Shown: positions 47,359-58,789 of the stretch, piece by piece
How the letters are laid out: every line of letters begins with the position of its first letter
Numbering within the stretch: position 1 is the first letter of the stretch
NCBI GenBank assembly: GCA_973895155.1
Contig: OZ316893.1
Span: forward strand, 3,058,430 to 3,122,429
Origin: Marsupella aquatica
Taxonomy: Eukaryota; Plantae; Marchantiophyta
Direction: 5' to 3'
DNA length: 64,000 bases
Program-made: the position numbers and the translations under genes
The notes under the pieces: generated by a model
Database searches by the model: none
What the model was told of the DNA's origin: nothing
What the model saw: the letters and a program-made list of their open reading frames with translations, nothing else

Positions 47359-48461
47359 GATGCGATCCTCGAGTAGCCTACCTTCTTGCGTGCTCACCCA
47401 AAGTGCTCCCAGTTAGCTACACAAATTAAACTGCACTTGAAAATTCCATCAAAAGTCCATCATTCGGTACATTGCTAAAAAGTAGCTCATCTACAATCAG
47501 CTTCCCACATTTGGCAGTCTAGGGGCAAAAGCATTAGTAGTGCAAACGTTTGCACCCAGCGGCAATTCTGAATCCAAGCATACCTGCAGATCAGATAGAT
47601 TTCAAGTCGACGTAGAGATGTATCGAGTCTCCAAGCGACAGTCGCAAGACTTTTCCGGAGCTCAGAGGTCAGACTGAAAGGGAGCATCCGTCGCTGCGAG
47701 GCCTGAGCAAAGTAACTGGGATCCGCTGTTGGGTATGATTGTCTGCATGGTGCGCGAGGTTTTATAGAGAGGTCGAGAGAAGCTCAAACGTACAGGAGAA
47801 GACGTGGGCGGCAAAAGTATTATCTAATTGCTAACGTGTCACCATTAGGGTATTATCTAATTGCTCCTGTTTTTTACCCCATTTTCGTTCCTTCTTGGCG
47901 TGTGTGTCAGAGTGTGGTCCTTTGCCCTATGGCTACCTCGTGCACACCATATTCGTTTTTATCTTGGGGTGTGTGTTTAGGGTCTTTGATCTATTGCTAC
48001 ATCCGAGATACAATGACACACACGCCAATAGTATACCATTTTGTGTCTATTGTGTTCAAGCACATCATCATTATTGTTTTGGTTAGGAGTCATGATGGAT
48101 AGAGTCTTGGTTTATGTTCCCAAAACATAAACCCAAAGTCCAATTACACAAAATTGATCAGGCCCGAAAGGGTGACAAAATGGGAGAATATTGGTTTATG
48201 TTTTGGCGAACTCAGACTGGAACGAACAGCAACATCGGGGACTAAGAGGGCAGTGTACAGGGCCCCAGGAAAGTGGGGAAGCATTAATAAATTCAATGTA
48301 GATTTAATGCGGGGTATTTATGTTTTATTTGGGTCCTCGATCCCCTGCTACATGATGTCAATGGATTAAATTTGTCAATTGGCCACTTTAAACCACCACA
48401 CCATATATTAACTTCTATAATAAATAGTTGCACCTTTTATAGCGTGGTCGTCATTTGAACT

Positions 48462-48768
48462 GAAGGGCACAAAAAAATTAAAGAATCTGACCAAGAGAAG
48501 GAATAAACCAAAATTATATTATATTTAGTGTGAAATAAAGAGTGACATGTTTTCCAAACAATAAATAAAGAGGAATGTCAGGGAATGATAATACACAATA
48601 ATGAAGTATTTTATGGACCATCTACATATAATATTTTATGTACCATTTAAGTATAGTACTATACCCATGATAATCTATGTCATAAGAAGGGCACAAAAAT
48701 TAAAGAATCTGACCAAGAGAAGCAATAAACCAAAATTATATTATATTTAGTAAGTGTGAAATAAAGAG
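48462..48768. repeat. ~225-bp tandem duplication; the second copy is split by the L1 and resumes at 56853-57016
   Basis: AAGGGCACAAAAA..TTAAAGAATCTGACCAAGAG... repeated; 48527-48688 matches 56854-57016. Confidence 0.85.
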
Positions 48769-49820
48769 GGGTGTGGGCGATGAAAGACGAGTGCGAGTGC
48801 TGAAGTTGGGACGACTTGCTTACGGGCGCTGACTTGTGCTCTCTCTCAAGAGCTTGGAATCATCCACACCTGGATCGGGTGTGGGCGTTGCTTCCCGAGG
48901 GGGAAGGTTTTGATACGCAGGAGACACCGCATGCGAATGAACCCACTCTTGCTCACTCTCGACATCTCCACGCTCTGGACGGCTCGGGAGATTTTAGAAG
49001 GTTTTAGGGCGGTTTAGGGTGTAGGAGAAGGGCGACGCACTGTGTGTACACAGACACGGGCATGGTGGGTACGGGGGCAGTTTGCTCGATGGAGAATGTT
49101 TCCTCAGATACAAGCGATGGCGAAGGAGAGTCTTAACTGTTACACATTGGTGGATAAATCGGTGAGTGTTGGGTGGATCCGATTCTGTGCTCGGCTATAA
49201 CCGAGAGTGGCGGAAAAGTGATGAGTGAAAGGGCCAGGATGGGCTTTGAGGAGACCGGAGCGTAAGCGGACTGATGGTAGATGGGATTGGGAGGATCAAT
49301 TTTCCGTATGTGGCTGTGCTGGCTGGTTGATGTGACCAAGAATGGTCTCTTCCAGAGGGGAGGAGCTGCGGGGACTTGATGGGAGGTAATCGCTTACGGA
49401 GGTGTGAGGGAAGGCCTTTTAGCTGAAGAGGATCGAAGGAGCACAGGACAGTGGGACGTCCTCGACAATCGTGGCTTATTCATTGACGGCGTGGAGACTT
49501 TTTGATGCCACTCTCCGTTTCTCATAACCTGGGATGGAGCGGTGAGACGATTCTGTATGAAGGTTTGGCAGCGAGAGGAGAGAGAATAGGGACGAGCTGA
49601 GAGCTGTTTCAACGTCGTAACCTGCGAATAGAAGGATGGGCGGGCATACACAGCGGTGAGATGAAGGACTGACCTTGGTGCGCCTTGGAGACGAGGAGGT
49701 GTGGAGTGGCAGCGGGACTTCGAGCCATCGTCGAATCTTCTGGTGAGTACAAGAAGACCTTGACTATTTTATTCCTAATTGGATGCAAAGGCTGTAGAGT
49801 CAAGGAAGGCCACTTGTATC

Positions 49821-52617
49821 ATGGAGGAACAGGGGATAGACTATTATGGACCCTCGAGCCGCAGGAGCACGAGGGGGGGACGCTTAGCTGGTGGACGAGT
49901 AGATCGGAGGACACAAGGGGAGCCTGCTGCAAGGCTTGAGGTGGGGGGGATACCCGGTGAAGCTGTGGGGCGATCACCTGCGCGGGGTGTTATGGTCAGT
50001 GGACCTGCTATTGGATTCTCTGCGCAAGATGCGCGCTCTGGGAGGAACGACCCAAATTTGGGGGAGACAACTGCGGCCAGATCTCAGTTGTATTACTTGA
50101 ATGGGAATGAGCATCCGGTGAATGGACCTGGACCTAAGGTGCAGTCGGTGAGTGGAATGGAATTGCCTCAGAACCTGCAGGAGGGGGATGGAGCAGGGGA
50201 GAAGGAAGGCGAAGCTCTGCACTGGGGGCATGGAACAATTGGAAGAGGGGCGAATGAGGTTAACCAGGATGCAATGGTGGGGAGTGAGGCCCTGGGCCCC
50301 CAGCATTATTAATAATGGGTTGGACGTGCGAACGGATGAAGGGTGCAAAAAATCTGATTTGAGATTAATTTTTATAATTGGCTTAGAAATATCAAGGGAT
50401 GGTTTTATTCAAAGAACCCTTTCTAACTAATATAGGCTTATATAAATGTTGCCCAAGTTAATATGCTTCAAGAGGTGATGTAATATGGATGTGACACGCG
50501 TCACAATAGGATTGGTCCTTGTGGCCACCCTTTATTGGAACATGTGTATATGACATATAATTATGCTTGCAATATCTATGATTCAGAGTAGTTTAGGACT
50601 TTGGAGCTTTTGAACCCTGACTACCCTGCCGTGTGGTTCAAAAATGCCCCAAAGTTGAAGTTTGGGGTTAAAGGGTCACGAACACAAAAATGTATGTACC
50701 CAAAACCCTTCCAAAACACTCCCGTCAGTTTTAGAACCGTGTGCAAATGATGAATTTATAACTTTTCAAGGCTTTCATAAATGGTGTAAAATGTGAAATT
50801 ATAATATCTCAAAGGGGCAGATTTATTCTCCAAAATTAAGTTTTTAAGAATAACAAGAGAAATTTTTATAGGCTTCCAAAAATAATAAGGGGTACTAAGG
50901 AGGGGGGTGTACGCACGTATACCTCTTTAGTTTACAAAGGCTGGGGGCCCAGGGGAGTGAGGTGCCACAAGAAAATGTGGAGATGCAGGACGCGCCCGTG
51001 GAGGATGACGAATCTGAAGAGTGTATCAAGATCCTGCGCGAGATTGCGATCAGGTCCAAAGGTGATCTTGACAAGAGACTCTTTGCAGAAGTGGAATGGA
51101 ACCTACCGGAAGCAGCTCGTAATGTGAGACAACTATATAATTGCGCTCTCATATGCTACTTCACGGGAAGAACGCCGCTCCTCAATGATTTTAGAGCATG
51201 GGTAGATGAAGTGATGACAAACCAGGAGGGATGGCCGGTACTTCAGGTTAAATTCGTAGGGAAGAACTTTTACATGATAGTGTTTGAGGATCCTAATCAC
51301 AGGGATCTGGCACTCAACTACGCACCATGGTTTATGGAGAGACGATTTATATACACGTTCCCATGGGATCCATCCTTTGATGTTAAATGTGAGAACTTCA
51401 CGAAGCTCCCAGTGTGGATTGAGATACCGTTTAGGGACCTTGCACTAGAGGGCTGCAGAAGAAAGATTGCGTGCTCTCTAGGGACTCTGCTGTACTACAT
51501 TCAGGGGAACGAATTCAGTTCGTATCCCCACGATCGGGCTTGCATCCTTTGGGACACGGACAGGGAAGTCCCTGCCAGTGTGAAGATTCGAATTCGTGAT
51601 GACATTATTATCTGGCAACCGGTGACATTTAAAAATATCCCCTATCATTGCTTTCAATGCAACCAAAGAGGTCACCTGGCCCGTGAATGTAAAGTAATCT
51701 TGGAGACTGCCGGTGCTCTACGGACGGGAGCGGACCCGCCGGACGAGAAAGATGACGAGAGACACTCTGAGGCTGATCAGGAGGAGGTGTTGAGGGCTAA
51801 AGAAAATGCTGAAGCACGTGCTATTTTTCGGGGAGCCATGGTGCCTCCTGTGCTGGAGGTACCCTTTTCAGTGGAGGAGGATATCGCTCAAGTGGAGTTG
51901 CTAATTGTTAGTCCGGTTCCTGGGGAGATGGCAGGGCGGGACTCGGGGCCGCTGCTACGGGAGAACCCGGATTTGCGGGTGGCGGCTTTCTCTTCGGGAA
52001 CCAGGGAGAGAAGTGCTGATTTTCTCCTGACGCCTGGGCGGGCTGGTTGCATGGAGGACTCACAAGACACAGAGGCTGCCAGGATTCCACTACTGGCTGT
52101 CGTTGTCACGTCAATTGGGCGATGGACTACTCAGAGAAATTCAGTGGAACAAGGAATTGAAGCCCTTACTACTCCCAATTCGCGTGATGGAAATGATGAG
52201 ACCTTCTCCTTTCACGAAGAATCTGATGCGGAGATGTCTGAATATGAAGCTTATATTTCACACAGCAAATTCAAAGCTAGAGCCCGCAAGCAAGAACTTC
52301 GCACACCGCCCTCTGAAAGGACTGAGAAGGCCAAAGGTGAGGCTAAGAAGCAAAGATCAATTAGATTCTCACGTGGTGCCATGTCTGATGCAGGAAGTGC
52401 GGACGGGATTACAATGCACAAGCGACTGCTGCTCACCATTCCTAGAGGGAGCGATTGTGATGTGAGGGTCCAGGGGAATGCTCCTTTTGGCGGTGGAGTG
52501 GCGCATATAGCATCCCCCATGCGTGTCTCTCCTGCTGGCTCTATTAATGGATATTTGAGTGGACCTATGGGTCGAGATGTGACGGGGATGTCTCCCGGGG
52601 GACGGAATAGACTATGA
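49821..52617 (+). pseudogene. L1 ORF1 (DUF4283-like + zinc knuckle), interrupted by a TIR element; ~707 aa when restored
   Basis: Removing 50290-50954 plus one TSD joins ..MVGSE|VPQENVEM.. in frame. Motifs PVWIEIP and CFQCNQRGHLAREC. Confidence 0.85.
50290..50954. mobile_element. 665-bp MITE with perfect 15-bp TIRs and 8-bp TSD
   Basis: CCCTGGGCCCCCAGC / GCTGGGGGCCCAGGG; TSD GAGTGAGG at 50282-50289 and 50955-50962; AT-rich interior. Confidence 0.93.
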
Positions 52618-52671
52618 GACGCAAGGATGGGGGGTGGCTGTGCCAGGATATAATTTTGGCATAGTAGGAGG

Positions 52672-55600
52672 ATGGATGGAAGGCTCAGGGTGGCATCCTG
52701 GAACGTTTGTGGACTTTGTGAGCCTAACCGTAAGCATATTGTTAAGAATTGGGTAAGATCGCTGAAGGTACCGCTGGGGATTCTGGCCCTTCAAGAAGTG
52801 AAAGTTGATCAATTTAGACTTGATATGGCTCTGCGGGCTATTCTCCCATCATATCAGCACTTTTCTTCTAAGCCGGAGGAGGGAAAGGGAGGAACGGCAC
52901 TACTGGTACACCCTGAGCTGAGGGTGGTGGGCTCGGGAACACTGGATATGGGAAGGGCGGTATGGGCTGTGATCGAGAAGGGAGCGGTGACCTTCGGAGT
53001 TGCGTGTATATATGCTCCCAATTCAGCTAGACTAAGAGCTCTGCTATGGAATGATCTAAAGGTGATGCTACCACACAATGACTGGGTGCTGTGTGGTGAC
53101 TTCAATATGACGGAACGCAGAACGGACTCGACTGGTACATCACCGCTGATCCGCGGTAGAGAGGCTGAGTTTTGGAGATTCTTGAAGATGAGATTTAATT
53201 TGACAGACACGTGGGACATTAGGGGAGGAGCTGCTGGCCCGCGCTTCACGTGGAGAAGGAATCGGAATGGAGAGATGTCACAGTCTCGACTTGACAGGAT
53301 TTATGTTAGTGAAAGGGGAGAATGGCTTTGTGAGGTGGAACTCCTGCATGACGGGGGCTCAGCCCTTTCGGATCATGATCCTGTTATGTTGAATGTGCAG
53401 CTCTCTGGACTGATAGAGACGGTGGAGAGAGGCAAAGTGAGTCTCTTCATGGCCAACCCGGCGTTTCTGCGGAGAAGGGAGGACATTCTGCGGCTGGAGG
53501 CTGCTTGGAGGGTGGGACGAGGAGATTTTGTGGACCCGCGGCTGCGCTTTGCTAAGGGCAGCTGGAAAATGCGTCAAACATTGAAGGAAATTCAAGCCCA
53601 ACCAAGGACAACTGAGATGGAGATGGCAGCTCAGCAAGCTCAGTTGCGAGTTCTTAAGATGGCCATTATAGAACACCATTCAGAGGGAGACATTGCAGAG
53701 TTCATGGACGCGGAAGACACTCTACATGCTTCAGAGTTGGAGGAAGCACACAGAGGACGACGGCTAGCCAGAATTAAGTGGTTAAGTGAAGGAGACGAGT
53801 CAACAAAGTTTTTCTTTGCTACAGTGAGGGCTAAGCGATCTCGTGAGTCCATGCCTTCCCTGAATAGGGAGGACGGGAGTACAGTAGCTGACCCTGGAGA
53901 AATCCTGAAGGAGGTAGAAAGGTTCTGCCAAACATTATACTCGCCTGAGCCGCGATTGGAAGCGGAGTTGGAAGAGGTTCGTGTGGCCAGAGACAGACTG
54001 CTTGGCAACACGAGGTTTGCACTCTCTGGAGCGGAGAATTTGAGGATGGAGAGACTCCCGTCATACCAGGAGGTGAAGGAGGTGCTGTGGCTCCTGCCTT
54101 GTGACAAAACGCCGGGACCGGATGGCATGACAGCTGAGGTCTACAGAGCATGCTGGGAGTTTCTCGGGCAAGATCTGGTGGATATGATACAGGAGTTCTG
54201 GCTTACGGGGGCTTTGGACGTTGGAATCTGTGAAGGAATTGTGAAGTTCATACCCAAGAAACCTGATAAACGGTTTTTAAGGGACTGGCGCCCTTTGACA
54301 ATGTTAAATACTATATACAAGCTCATTGCCAAGATCCTCGCTATACGACTCAAACCGATTCTACACATGATTATTAGCCCGCAACAGACTGGATTTATAC
54401 CTGGAAGACACATTCTTGAAAATATTTCCTTAGCCTGGCTTACATGTGACTGGGTGCACAACAAGAGGAGAGAGGCATTGTTCCTAAAACTGGATTTCGA
54501 GAAGGCCTTTGACCGTGTTTCACATGACTACTTATGGGAATGCATGCACCTACTGGGCATCAGCGGACGCTTCACTATGCTGGTCAGGGCCCTGCTAGCA
54601 CAGGCATCTTCCAGGGCCTTGGTGAACGGATTACTATCAAACACATTTGAGCTTAAACGAGGGGTAAGACAGGGCTGTCCACTGTCACCATTGTTGTTTG
54701 TCATCTCCACGCAACCTCTTATGGACTTTCTCGATACTGAGATGGCGGAGGGCCAACTTTGTGGGCTGCAGATCACCCCTGGATTCACTATCTGCTATAG
54801 ACTGTTTGCGGATGATGTTGGGATGTTTATCCCGGCCACAGAGCGTGCCTTTGAGGAAGCAACCACTGCTCTAGAATGCTATGAGATGGCTAGTGGGGCG
54901 CGACTGAATCTGAAGAAATCCGTTGTGATCCCATTGGCATTGGAAAGGATCCCAGAGTGGCTGAACAACACAGGCTGCCTTATCAGCCGAAGAGGCGAGA
55001 TACAGAAATACCTGGGGGCACCTTTTGGGGAGAGTTTGAGCACGGAACAACTGCACAAATTCTGTTTGGATAAGATTTGTGCCAGACTTTCTGTTTGGTC
55101 CAACAAACTTCTTTCTTTTACTGGCTGTTCACTACTGGTCAAACAGGTACTACTTGCTATCCCGATCTACCATGTAATGTATTGCAAGGCATCTGTAGGC
55201 CTGGCGAAGAAGATGATTGCTCTGAGCAGGGAATTTTTATGGGGATATAATGCCACTGGAGGACGGAAGGTCCCCCTGGTGGCCTGGGATCGGATGGCTT
55301 TGCCACGTGTGGAAGGGGGGCTGGGATTCCGGGACTTCCGCAGTCACTCTGATGCATTACTCTCTCAATGGTTCACTAAGGCACTTAACGCGCCTGAGAC
55401 GGAATGGTCTAGGATGTTGGCAGCCAACCTGAAATTGATGGGGTGGACGAACTACAAAATTATTAGGCAAAATGGATACTCCTTCCAGGACCGGCTGCTA
55501 CTGTGCACACCTCGTTCATTTAGTGGGCTCCCCTACACGACAGGTCTCTGGAGAAGCTGGGAGCTAGTGAGAGCCCACTTATTCTTCGATCCTGGACGAA

Positions 55601-56592
55601 CGGGGCCGCCTTCCCGGTGGAGCATCATGGATACCCTCAGGTGTATGGTGGGCTTCAATTCCCTTCCGAATAAAGCCCTCATAGAGATTGCTGCGATTTG
55701 TGGCAGGCTGGGATTGAGGTCTATTGGTGATAGATGGTCGACGGAGGATGGATGTTGGAAGGACCTACCGCTACGATGGCACAATATGCGTGGCTTTTCT
55801 GATGAGCATCGAACGATGGCTCGTTCGTTCTTGGAGTGCCTTTGGCGGGCAGACAATTGCCGATCTGAATACTACTTGTATGCCAAGCAGTGGAGATGGA
55901 CAGACAGACCGGAGCCGCTGAAGGACTTCAGAATCGAGAATTGTAGAGTGTATGATTTCTTAAGGCCTAAGACTGCATCCCATGACCGCCTCAATCGGAT
56001 CTGGTCACTGTTCTGGCCTGAGATGCGCTGGAATATGTGTTGGGCTAAGCTTTGGGGGTCTGATCTTCCGATTAGAGGCAAGACCTTTGTGTGGAGGATT
56101 ATTGTAGGGGGCCTTTTCACTGGGGCACGTGCGCTCAGAATGGAGGTGAGTAATGGAGATTGCAAGCTTTGCAAAGGATGGCTGGAGACGATCCCCCACG
56201 TGTTCTTCCACTGTACACATGCGGTCCGTTGCTGGCTACTCTATCAGGATTCGTTGCAGATTCTGAGCTTGCCAATGGGACGAGGTCTGATGGCTCTTTT
56301 AGAGGCGGCCTGCGGGAAGGAGCCTGTGCAAGTGGCCCGGATCTTCGTCTTGCACCATATTCTGTGGCGACTCTGGACGGGAAGGAACACTCACATGTTT
56401 CAGGTGGGGGGGAGACGGGTGTTTGACTTGGGACTTGTCCTGAATGAGGCAGCGGAGAACGCTTTTGCTGTTAGTCGGCGCTGCCCCCCGGGCAGGAAGT
56501 GCACCCGCCTGATTCGGGCAAAGGCATGGATGGATGACCTGCGTAGGGTTTGGGTAGGCAGTGGCAGCATTGCTGTCAATTCTTTTGCTTGA
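52672..56592 (+). CDS. L1 ORF2: AP endonuclease, reverse transcriptase, C-terminal zf-RVT (1306 aa, open)
   Basis: SWNVCGL, GDFN, SRLDRIY, SDHDP, PGPDG, WRPLTMLN, LDFEKAFD, GVRQGCPLSPLLF, FADD, YLGAP, CKLC..ETIPHVFFHC. Confidence 0.97.
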   Translation: MDGRLRVASWNVCGLCEPNRKHIVKNWVRSLKVPLGILALQEVKVDQFRLDMALRAILPSYQHFSSKPEEGKGGTALLVHPELRVVGSGTLDMGRAVWAVIEKGAVTFGVACIYAPNSARLRALLWNDLKVMLPHNDWVLCGDFNMTERRTDSTGTSPLIRGREAEFWRFLKMRFNLTDTWDIRGGAAGPRFTWRRNRNGEMSQSRLDRIYVSERGEWLCEVELLHDGGSALSDHDPVMLNVQLSGLIETVERGKVSLFMANPAFLRRREDILRLEAAWRVGRGDFVDPRLRFAKGSWKMRQTLKEIQAQPRTTEMEMAAQQAQLRVLKMAIIEHHSEGDIAEFMDAEDTLHASELEEAHRGRRLARIKWLSEGDESTKFFFATVRAKRSRESMPSLNREDGSTVADPGEILKEVERFCQTLYSPEPRLEAELEEVRVARDRLLGNTRFALSGAENLRMERLPSYQEVKEVLWLLPCDKTPGPDGMTAEVYRACWEFLGQDLVDMIQEFWLTGALDVGICEGIVKFIPKKPDKRFLRDWRPLTMLNTIYKLIAKILAIRLKPILHMIISPQQTGFIPGRHILENISLAWLTCDWVHNKRREALFLKLDFEKAFDRVSHDYLWECMHLLGISGRFTMLVRALLAQASSRALVNGLLSNTFELKRGVRQGCPLSPLLFVISTQPLMDFLDTEMAEGQLCGLQITPGFTICYRLFADDVGMFIPATERAFEEATTALECYEMASGARLNLKKSVVIPLALERIPEWLNNTGCLISRRGEIQKYLGAPFGESLSTEQLHKFCLDKICARLSVWSNKLLSFTGCSLLVKQVLLAIPIYHVMYCKASVGLAKKMIALSREFLWGYNATGGRKVPLVAWDRMALPRVEGGLGFRDFRSHSDALLSQWFTKALNAPETEWSRMLAANLKLMGWTNYKIIRQNGYSFQDRLLLCTPRSFSGLPYTTGLWRSWELVRAHLFFDPGRTGPPSRWSIMDTLRCMVGFNSLPNKALIEIAAICGRLGLRSIGDRWSTEDGCWKDLPLRWHNMRGFSDEHRTMARSFLECLWRADNCRSEYYLYAKQWRWTDRPEPLKDFRIENCRVYDFLRPKTASHDRLNRIWSLFWPEMRWNMCWAKLWGSDLPIRGKTFVWRIIVGGLFTGARALRMEVSNGDCKLCKGWLETIPHVFFHCTHAVRCWLLYQDSLQILSLPMGRGLMALLEAACGKEPVQVARIFVLHHILWRLWTGRNTHMFQVGGRRVFDLGLVLNEAAENAFAVSRRCPPGRKCTRLIRAKAWMDDLRRVWVGSGSIAVNSFA

Positions 56593-57499
56593 GGGGGACC
56601 GTGGCTTCCTGGATGATCTGACTGTTGGATGCCCTCTTATGTTGGGCTTGGGCTTGTGTTGGTGATTGATTTTCCCTTTTCCACTGTTTGGTGGTCGGGG
56701 GGCTGTGGGATATGCGCTGGTGATGTGTGCCTGTGCGCTGTGTGTTTGGCTTTGTTTTATGTCGCTTGGTCTGGCCTTCTGGTCTGTCTGTTTGCCCTCC
56801 CCGTGGGGCTTTTCGCGGGGGAACCAAAAATTATAAAAATGTTCCCATTCCGAAGTGTGAAATAAAGAGTGACACGTTTTCCAAACAATAAATAAAGGGG
56901 AATGTTAGGGAATGATAATACACAATAATCAAGTATTTTATAGATCATCTATATATAATATTTTATGTACCATCTAAGTATAGTACTATACCCCATGATA
57001 ATCTATGTCATAAGAAGAGTTTAATTGATTACAAATATTACATAGTGTAATAGAAAACATCAAACCATAAAATAGTACAAAAGCGGTAAAAGAGGGGGGG
57101 TGGAGTCCGGGAGGTTTACAAGGAATAAAAAAAGAAAGAAAAATACAAAGACAAAAATAATTCTTAGCCGGTGATACTTTGTGGTTGTTCTCACTCATTT
57201 TTTGCCCCATGACATCTTTTAGTAGATAACATTTTTTGGACAATGAGATCTTTTTAACCCAAAAATCTTTTACTCAATTATATATTTTGGGTCATGATAT
57301 GTTTCTTACTAACATCTTTAGTATAATGGCATTCATTATGCTTTGACATCTTTTGCCAATTTTATATATATATTGACCCAAAATATATATCTTATAACTT
57401 AGACATCTTTTGGGCAATGATATTTTTTACTTAATGACATCTTTTGAGCAAGAGCATATAATTTATTGACATTTTTTGTACATCTTTTCCTTAACGATA

Positions 57500-58435
57500 T
57501 TTAATGCTACTACATGTTTTACTTCACAACATCTATGACTAATGACATTTTTTTACTTGACCGACAGATTTGGAGTCATGGCATAGTTTTACTTGACGAC
57601 ATCTTTGACATTATAACAACATCTTTTTACTTGACCAGACCAATCTTGGACATAACCACATTATTGGCATCACTACCTCGATCACAACAACTTTTTACTT
57701 GACAACATCTTTAACTTGATGACATATGTTTTACTTCACAACAACTTTGGCAACACAATTTCTTTTTACTTGACAATATATTTGACATAACAACATCTTT
57801 GGCGCCCCGACATCTATTTACTTGGCAATATCTTTCACGTGACGACATCATTTTACTTGACGGTATCTTTTTACTCCATGACATCGTTGGAGACATGACT
57901 TCTTTTTTTCTGAACAACATCTTTTTACTCCACTGCTTTTTTTTAACGCCATTTTTTACTTTGCGTCATCTTTGGGGGACACAAAATCTTTTTACTTCAC
58001 AACATCTTTGGCAACTCAACTTTGTTTTACGATATCTTTTTACTTCATGACCTCTTTTACATAACAACGTCTTTGGCGACACAATTTCTTTTTTCTTAAC
58101 GACATCTTTTGTGCAACGCACGGGTTTTCTTCACAACATCTTGGGCAACACTACATTTTTTCTTAAGAACACCTTGGGCGACACAATATCTTTTTTCTCA
58201 ATGATGTCTTGGGCAGCATGATATCTTTTTTTCATCGACATCTTGGCCAACACAACATCTTTTTCCTCAAGGACATCTTGGCCGACACAACATCATTTTT
58301 CTTAACACCCTCTTGGCCAACACAACATCTTTTTCTCAACGACCTCTTGGCCGACACAACATCTTTTTTCTCAATGACCTCTTGGCCGACACGACATCTT
58401 TTTTCTCAACCAAATTTTGGCCGACACGGCATCTT
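57500..58435 (+). repeat. Helitron-internal ~35-bp minisatellite (degenerate 5', more regular 3')
   Basis: TTGGCCGACACAACATCTTTTTTCTCAATGACCTC-like units. Confidence 0.85.
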
Positions 58436-58789
58436 TTGTGCAACGCACGGGTATTGAGCTAGTACTGTATATAACAAATTGTGGAGAGAAACTAGAGTGG
58501 GGTGTAGGTTAATTTCTAGATTGAAGCCCGGGTTGAAGCCTTTAGGGGGTGACTCTAGGGTTCCACAAAATTTTATGTGAAGGATAAGATAAATGTATTT
58601 AAAATTGATTATCTGCATGGTGATTTTAACTTCATTCTATTAATTAACATTCAAAGAATTATGGGCATTCATGCTCCTAATATATATGGGGGGTGCATGT
58701 CCAAGACCTCCCTTTTCCACATTCCACTCACTTTTCTCCTCTATATACCAAGCCAATTTGTTTCACAACTGCAGGCAAATCCTAAACTA

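Larger units (their letters stand above)
48769..56852 (+). mobile_element. Full-length L1-clade LINE with 17-bp TSD
   Basis: TSD AAGTGTGAAATAAAGAG at 48752-48768 and 56853-56869; ORF1 + ORF2; ~1-kb 5' UTR. Confidence 0.93.
48400..58462 (+). mobile_element. Non-autonomous Helitron-like element hosting the L1 insertion
   Basis: 5' region matches the Helitron at 1200-1250; 3' end TTTTGTGCAACGCACGGGTATTGAGCTAG|T at 58462; internal ACATCTTTT satellite. 5' boundary approximate. Confidence 0.6.

Noticed and set aside
52854-56220. Numerous minus-strand ORFs within L1 ORF2
   Set aside because: Antisense shadows with no recognisable domains, unlike the copia antisense ORF, which lies mostly outside pol.
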